Shown here: positions 35,500 to 40,184 of the stretch, in pieces
Layout of the letters: each line of letters starts with the position of its first letter
Numbering within the stretch: position 1 is the stretch's first letter
From: Desulfobacteraceae bacterium
GTDB lineage: Bacteria > Desulfobacterota > Desulfobacteria > Desulfobacterales > Desulfobacteraceae
Length of the DNA: 40,184 bases
Direction of reading: 5' to 3'
Assembly: GCA_004796375.1 (NCBI GenBank)
Contig: QZLA01000205.1
Span: 1-40,184 of the forward strand
Notes under the pieces: model-generated
The model's input: the letters and a program-made list of their open reading frames with translations, nothing else
The model's database searches: none
Told to the model about the DNA's origin: nothing
Made by a program: the position numbers and the translations under genes

Positions 35500-37425
35500 C
35501 TAAACCGCGGTCTTTATGGTAAAGCCCTTTGCAATGTGGTTGCGCACAAAATAGATCATTAAAACACCGGGAATGATAGAAAGAACGGTCATCGCCATTA
35601 CCAGGCCAATATCCGTCCTGAAGGTAAAGAGGGTTGAAATTGCCATACTAATGGGTTTGCCGCTCGTTACGGTCAATATGCGTGCAAAGACAATCTCCAC
35701 CCAGGAAAACATAAAGCAGAAAAACGCAGTCACAGCAATACCTGGTCCCATCAGGGGAATGAGTATCCTGGTAAAAAATTGAAAAAAAGAATGACCGTCA
35801 ATAAAGGCGATTTCATCGATTTCCCTTGGGATCGCAGCAAGAAAGCTTTCCAGTACCCAGATCGAAATGGGAAGATTAAATGCACAATGTGCCAATGCGA
35901 TACCGAGCGGCCTGTTGACCAGGTCTATTTGCAAAAATATCAGGAAAACAGGGAGAACCATGACCACCGGCGGCATCATTCGCAGCGCCAGGGTACAAAA
36001 AAACAGATATTTATCTCCTGAAAATGTATAGCGGGAAAATCCATAGGCAGCCAAAAACGCCACAGGCAGGGTAATGAGAATGTTTAATGTGACATAGGCG
36101 ATTGAGTTCAGGATTGAACCGGTCAAAACGGGATTTTGAAACACATGGATGTAATTGGACAGGGTAAATTCTCCAAAGGGAACCATCTCCCCCCTGAGTG
36201 TTGAGTGAAGACTGACAGATACAAGGGGGATCAGGGGCAGGAACAGGAAAACAATATAGGCAGTTGTCGGAAGCCATCTGAAGTGCAGGGGGGATTTTAA
36301 AAGCAGTCCTGTTAATTTGGGTTTACCAACGAGTTGAGGGGCAAGCCTATTGAACAGAAAGACAAAAGGCATACACAGGGCAAGGCTCACAAGGGTAACC
36401 ATACAACTGAGGTAAAATACAGGCAGACCCGAACTTGCGACGTTATCCAGAATCCAGCCGGCCAGCCCGGGGTTGATGTAATGGTAGAAAATGCCGTTCA
36501 AAAACATAAGGAGCATGGTATTCTGCCCCAGCCACAAGATTGTTTTCCGGGCAGGGGTCATTCCGGAGATAAAGAGAACACACGCGCAGCCGGCAATGGC
36601 GGTCAGTGGAAAGAGCAGGAAGTGGCCGTATGAGGCAAACATGATCACCACATGGTTGTAAACGTGGAAATTGAAGGGCCCGTTGTTTAATTGATAGGTA
36701 AAAAAGACCATGAAAAAGGCGGCAACAGCCGCAGGCACTAAAATTTTTGTGGACACTTTTTGAATCAGAAAATGCCGGCGCCTCAGAAAAATGCCCAAAA
36801 GATAAAATGAGTAAAGGGTAATTGCCCCGTGGATAAAAAAATAGTTCCAACCGATAACTCGTTCCTTTAACGGGTTAAATATATCGAATTCCAAATTCAG
36901 CCAGTATCCGGCGACATAAAAACCAACGGCAGCGGCAAGGATCTTTGCATTGGAATTTTTCAAAAAACGAAACACCGTGTAATGAACAAGTTCCAGGCCA
37001 ATAATCAGCAGCAGGAACCAGGAGGGTACGCAAAAGGAAGGCAGGCCAAAAACGGTTAAAACCGTCCCTCTAAAATATCCAACCAGAGACGGCAGCGGCA
37101 GACCATAGAATTTTCCTGAAAAAAACAGGGGCGGAATCATCATGACCAGCGTTAGAAAAATAAACGGCAGCAGCCGGGTTGAAAAACAATGGGTGATGAA
37201 TCGGCCCACACGCCAGTTGGCAAGGTCTTCTTTGGCAACATAGCCTGCAATGACAACAAAAAGGACCATGTGAAACGAGTAGGTGAATTTATACAGGCTT
37301 ATTCCGGCCGGGTTTTTCAGTATCATGAACTCTTCGACAAAATGGCCGAAAAAGACCAGGGCGATGGCATAAAACCGTGCAATATCAATGGTAAGAAATC
37401 TGTTTGTTTTTGACCCGGCATCCAT
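35500..37425 (-). CDS. Fusion protein: N-terminal acyltransferase family 3 domain + C-terminal ABC transporter permease (MalG/UgpE-like TMD with EAA loop)
   Basis: A single 641 aa ORF. Residues 1-~370 carry the AT3 signature (RFLTIDIARFYAIALVFFGH followed by multiple TM helices). The C-terminal ~270 aa form a 6-TM binding-protein-dependent permease with the EAA motif IDEIAFIDGHSFFQFFTRILIPL. Confidence 0.75.
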   Translation of the reverse strand: MDAGSKTNRFLTIDIARFYAIALVFFGHFVEEFMILKNPAGISLYKFTYSFHMVLFVVIAGYVAKEDLANWRVGRFITHCFSTRLLPFIFLTLVMMIPPLFFSGKFYGLPLPSLVGYFRGTVLTVFGLPSFCVPSWFLLLIIGLELVHYTVFRFLKNSNAKILAAAVGFYVAGYWLNLEFDIFNPLKERVIGWNYFFIHGAITLYSFYLLGIFLRRRHFLIQKVSTKILVPAAVAAFFMVFFTYQLNNGPFNFHVYNHVVIMFASYGHFLLFPLTAIAGCACVLFISGMTPARKTILWLGQNTMLLMFLNGIFYHYINPGLAGWILDNVASSGLPVFYLSCMVTLVSLALCMPFVFLFNRLAPQLVGKPKLTGLLLKSPLHFRWLPTTAYIVFLFLPLIPLVSVSLHSTLRGEMVPFGEFTLSNYIHVFQNPVLTGSILNSIAYVTLNILITLPVAFLAAYGFSRYTFSGDKYLFFCTLALRMMPPVVMVLPVFLIFLQIDLVNRPLGIALAHCAFNLPISIWVLESFLAAIPREIDEIAFIDGHSFFQFFTRILIPLMGPGIAVTAFFCFMFSWVEIVFARILTVTSGKPISMAISTLFTFRTDIGLVMAMTVLSIIPGVLMIYFVRNHIAKGFTIKTAV

Positions 37426-37435
37426 GAGCGCCTCT

Positions 37436-38272
37436 CTAACCTTCCTTTAATTCCCGGACGGCAATCACTTTTTTAAAGATCCACGATATAATGATTATGA
37501 TAAAAAAATAGATGACTGCCCTGGCAGACGCAGGGCCGTAATCCTGTGAAATAATCTCCTGACCCAGTTCCATTGCCAGAAACGTGGTCGTACTGCGGGG
37601 CCCCCCGGCATTCAGGCGGAAGGGCTCGATAAACACCATGAAGCTGTCGATAAACCGAAGCAATAGCGCCATAATCAATACCATTTTCATCTTCGGCAGT
37701 TCTATATATCGGAACACATCCCATCGGGATGCCCCATCAATGGCAGCGGCTTGATAGAAGGCCGGGCTGATGGTGGTTAAGCTCGAATAGCAAAGGAATA
37801 CCACAAGGCTCGTCCAGTGCCAGACATCCATCAACACAATGGCAGCCCATGTCGGAAACGCCTTTAATTCCCAACCGGACCCAAATGCAATTGCCAGAAA
37901 TACATGCCAGATCATGGCAATCATATTCCAGGGCACCAGTAACGGCAGTGCCATGCAGACCAGGCATACCGAACTGAACACCCCTTGTTTGGGGATGTGC
38001 AACGCAATTGCGATACCCAGGGGGATTTCGATCGCCAAGACAAGGGTTGAAAATAAAAGGCTGCGGCCAAAGGTTTCCCAGAACCGTAGAGAGCCCAGTA
38101 CGTCATGATACCATTCAAGCCCGACCCAAACCTTCGAATTGATGTGGAAGATATCATAGAACGAATAATTCACAATCATGATTAACGGCAGAACCGCTAC
38201 AAACAAAAGCAATACAACCGCAGGGACAGCAAAAACCCAAGCCTTGTTATTTTTTATTTTTTTCATGACCAC
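37436..38272 (-). CDS. ABC transporter permease (MalF/UgpA-like TMD)
   Basis: 278 aa, 6 TM helices. The EAA motif reads AAAIDGASRWDVFRYIELP. It lies 10 nt upstream of the fusion permease gene on the same strand. Confidence 0.8.
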   Translation of the reverse strand: MVMKKIKNNKAWVFAVPAVVLLLFVAVLPLIMIVNYSFYDIFHINSKVWVGLEWYHDVLGSLRFWETFGRSLLFSTLVLAIEIPLGIAIALHIPKQGVFSSVCLVCMALPLLVPWNMIAMIWHVFLAIAFGSGWELKAFPTWAAIVLMDVWHWTSLVVFLCYSSLTTISPAFYQAAAIDGASRWDVFRYIELPKMKMVLIMALLLRFIDSFMVFIEPFRLNAGGPRSTTTFLAMELGQEIISQDYGPASARAVIYFFIIIIISWIFKKVIAVRELKEG

Positions 38273-38483
38273 TCACGCGAAGCCCAATTTATCCTGTCTG
38301 TCTGATCTGACCTTTATCCACATAACATGAAAACGTGATAATTTCTCGTATAAACCGTCTTTTTTGACTTGTACTATCAAGAATTAACATCAATAAAATC
38401 GCTGGTTGCTATTTTTGTTATTTTCTTTTATATCCCGAAAAGTGTTCTTTAACCCAGGCTTTTATGAAAGGAGTCCTTTGAAG

Positions 38484-39992
38484 ATGGAGACGGTAAGTTC
38501 TATATTGGCAGCTGTTTTTGCAGGAACATGGATCACGAACATACTGATTGCTGCAGTGGCGATTGGAGCAGGATTTTTCAACTGGAAAATTGTCAAACAG
38601 ATTCTTGGGTGGCGAATTGTTGTTCCAACCAATGAGGTGCATATTAACCAGAGCGGGGCAGGTACCCAGGCGTATGGTCGCGGACTGGATAATGGCAATG
38701 TATATTACAAGTGGCCCATTTGGATTCCAAAACTCGGTCTGACCACCATTATACTCCCCACCTCAATCTTTGATATCGATTTGGACGGATATGATGCCTA
38801 TGATAAGGGCCGTCTGCCGTTTACAGTGGATGTTAAAGCATTTTTCAAGGTTGAAGATGCTGAAGAAGCCGCGCAGCGCGTTGAGAATTTTGGTGAGCTC
38901 AAAGAGCAGCTCAGGGATATTCTTAGAGGCTCTGTCCGTACGATTCTTGCAACATCTGATATTGAAACCATTCTCAGTGACCGAAGCAAGTTTGGGGATG
39001 AGTTCACCAAAGAGGTGACTGAACAGTTGAAATCCTGGGGTGTTAATCCCGTTAAAAATATAGAATTTATGGACATTCGTGACAGTCATGATTCCCATGT
39101 TATTGCCAATATCATGGCCAAAAAGAAATCAGAGATCGAAAAAGACAGCCGCATAGAGGTCGCCAACAACCAGAAAGAAGCCAAGATGGCGGAAATTGAT
39201 GCGGCCCGGGAAGCACAGCTTAGGGATGAGGATGCAAAAAGAGAGGTTGGTGAGAAACAGGCGGAAAGAGAAAGATTGGTCGGTAAGGCAAATGAGAGCT
39301 CCCAGCAGGAAATCAAGGAAGCCGCTAAACTGACGGCTGAAAAGGAGATGGCCGTTAAAAAAGTCGAAGAAGAAAAACGTGCTGAAATAGACCGCAATGT
39401 CGCAAAGATCAAGGCCGATCAGGAGCGGGAGGTTAAAGTGGTCCAGGCGGAAGCTGCGGCACAGGCAGCCGAAAAGCAGAAACAGGAGCTTGCCCATAAA
39501 GCCGAAGCCGATCTTATCCAGGAGCAAAAGAAAGCCCAGGGTATTAAAGCTGTGGGTGAAGCTGAAGCGGATTCCCTCAGGGCCAAGGAACTTGCGCCCA
39601 TCCAGGCACAAATTGAGCTTGCCAAAGAGATCGGTGAAAATGAGGGATACCAGAAATACCTTCTCGGGTTGGAAGAGGTTCAGGCGTCCATTGAAGTCGG
39701 TAAGGAAAAGGCAAAAGCACTCGTTGCAAGTGATGTCAAAATCATTGTCACTGCCGGTTCCACAGAGAGCGGTTTTGATTCTGTTATGGATGTCTTCAGT
39801 GCAAATGGCGGTACAAAACTCGGCGGGATGATCGAAGGATTTAAAAACACACCAATGGGCCAGGAAATTCTGGGCAAGATGGGCCTTGATATCATTAAAA
39901 CACCCGAGTCTAAAGAGAGGCCTTCTGTTGCAAAAAATGAAATCAAGGACAGTACAGTTGATGCGGGGTACGCCGATACCAAGGCTGAGTAA
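38484..39992 (+). CDS. Flotillin / SPFH (band-7) domain protein (YqiK/FloT-like)
   Basis: Start at METVSS, with an AAAGGAG RBS ~10 nt upstream (the ORF-track start is 38406). An N-terminal TM helix precedes the SPFH domain. A long Glu/Ala/Lys-rich coiled-coil flotillin domain follows (EAAREAQLRDEDAKREVGEKQAERERL...). Confidence 0.85.
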   Translation: METVSSILAAVFAGTWITNILIAAVAIGAGFFNWKIVKQILGWRIVVPTNEVHINQSGAGTQAYGRGLDNGNVYYKWPIWIPKLGLTTIILPTSIFDIDLDGYDAYDKGRLPFTVDVKAFFKVEDAEEAAQRVENFGELKEQLRDILRGSVRTILATSDIETILSDRSKFGDEFTKEVTEQLKSWGVNPVKNIEFMDIRDSHDSHVIANIMAKKKSEIEKDSRIEVANNQKEAKMAEIDAAREAQLRDEDAKREVGEKQAERERLVGKANESSQQEIKEAAKLTAEKEMAVKKVEEEKRAEIDRNVAKIKADQEREVKVVQAEAAAQAAEKQKQELAHKAEADLIQEQKKAQGIKAVGEAEADSLRAKELAPIQAQIELAKEIGENEGYQKYLLGLEEVQASIEVGKEKAKALVASDVKIIVTAGSTESGFDSVMDVFSANGGTKLGGMIEGFKNTPMGQEILGKMGLDIIKTPESKERPSVAKNEIKDSTVDAGYADTKAE

Positions 39993-40038
39993 TTTAAGGT
40001 ATAGAAAAGTGGCACTTTTAGTGCCAAAAAAAACAAAA

Positions 40039-40072
40039 GGGGTGCCGAATACACGGCACCCCTCTTATTTTG
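40039..40072 (+). terminator. Rho-independent terminator downstream of the flotillin gene
   Basis: The 9-bp GC-rich stem GGGGTGCCG (40039-40047) pairs with CGGCACCCC (40054-40062) around a 6-nt loop and is followed by TCTTATTTTG. It is preceded by a second small hairpin TGGCAC-ttta-GTGCCA (40010-40026) and an A8 tract, so the structure may act in both directions. Confidence 0.7.
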
Positions 40073-40184
40073 AAATGCTTTGTTATTAAAGTTCTTGACC
40101 GCTTGAGTCAACGACTTTGATGTCAATAACCTTACCGCCGTCCAGGCGGTGGGTGGCGCAGGAAATTCAGGGGTCATAGGCGCG

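Noticed and set aside
39680-40177. 165-aa minus-strand ORF at the window end
   Set aside because: It runs antisense through the flotillin coiled-coil region and straight through the terminator hairpins. The product is low-complexity (Pro/Ser/Ala/Leu-rich). The other two minus frames from the window edge hit stops within 20 nt. It is most likely spurious.
1-40184. Searched for tRNA/rRNA genes, CRISPR arrays, IS elements, integrases and toxin-antitoxin pairs
   Set aside because: No cloverleaf-compatible conserved tRNA boxes were seen. There are no repeat-spacer arrays, transposase or integrase-like ORFs, or terminal inverted repeats. The window appears to be core/accessory chromosome without mobile elements.

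Overview
This window is an approximately 40 kb, gene-dense chromosomal segment with 33 protein-coding genes supported. I found no rRNA, tRNA, CRISPR array, IS element or integrase. The gene content points to a Desulfobacterota (deltaproteobacterial, sulfate-reducer-like) genome: a tetraheme cytochrome c3, a DmsABC-type molybdoenzyme and a selenocysteine peroxiredoxin.

The window falls into these blocks:
1. 1-7600, minus strand: a surface-glycan / nonulosonic-acid-like biosynthesis cluster. It holds a SAM methyltransferase, a Zn-dependent alcohol dehydrogenase, two glycosyltransferases, a NeuB-like synthase fused to a TIM-barrel domain, a GMD/RMD-like short-chain dehydratase and a winged-helix regulator.
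2. 7754-11497, minus: a DmsC/DmsB/DmsA-like molybdopterin oxidoreductase whose catalytic subunit has no Tat signal.
3. 11619-17754, minus: L-asparaginase, L-serine dehydratase and a four-gene Mla/Mce-type ABC system (STAS-fused permease, ATPase, MCE protein, auxiliary lipoprotein).
4. 18015-22204: a membrane-anchored tetraheme cytochrome c3, followed by a c-di-GMP module made of a frameshifted GGDEF gene, a DUF2000 protein, an intact GGDEF gene and a PilZ receptor with a Cys-rich N-terminus.
5. 22650-23258: a peroxiredoxin with an in-frame TGA (selenocysteine) and a SECIS-like hairpin immediately downstream.
6. An SRPBCC lipid-binding protein plus an MMPL/RND exporter.
7. A DeaD DEAD-box helicase.
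8. An acyltransferase-3 protein with an unusual C-terminal soluble domain, behind a textbook sigma-54 promoter.
9. TrkH and TrkA in convergent orientation.
10. An HMG-CoA-lyase-like DRE-TIM protein behind a consensus sigma-70 promoter and a long leader.
11. An ABC permease pair in which the second permease is fused to an acyltransferase-3 domain, with no ATPase or solute-binding protein in the locus.
12. A flotillin/SPFH protein ending in strong hairpin terminators.

The most notable items are the Sec-peroxiredoxin with its SECIS, the AT3-permease fusion, the NeuB-SAF-TIM fusion, the Tat-less DmsABC, a palindromic motif repeated inside the glycan cluster, and the sigma-54 promoter.
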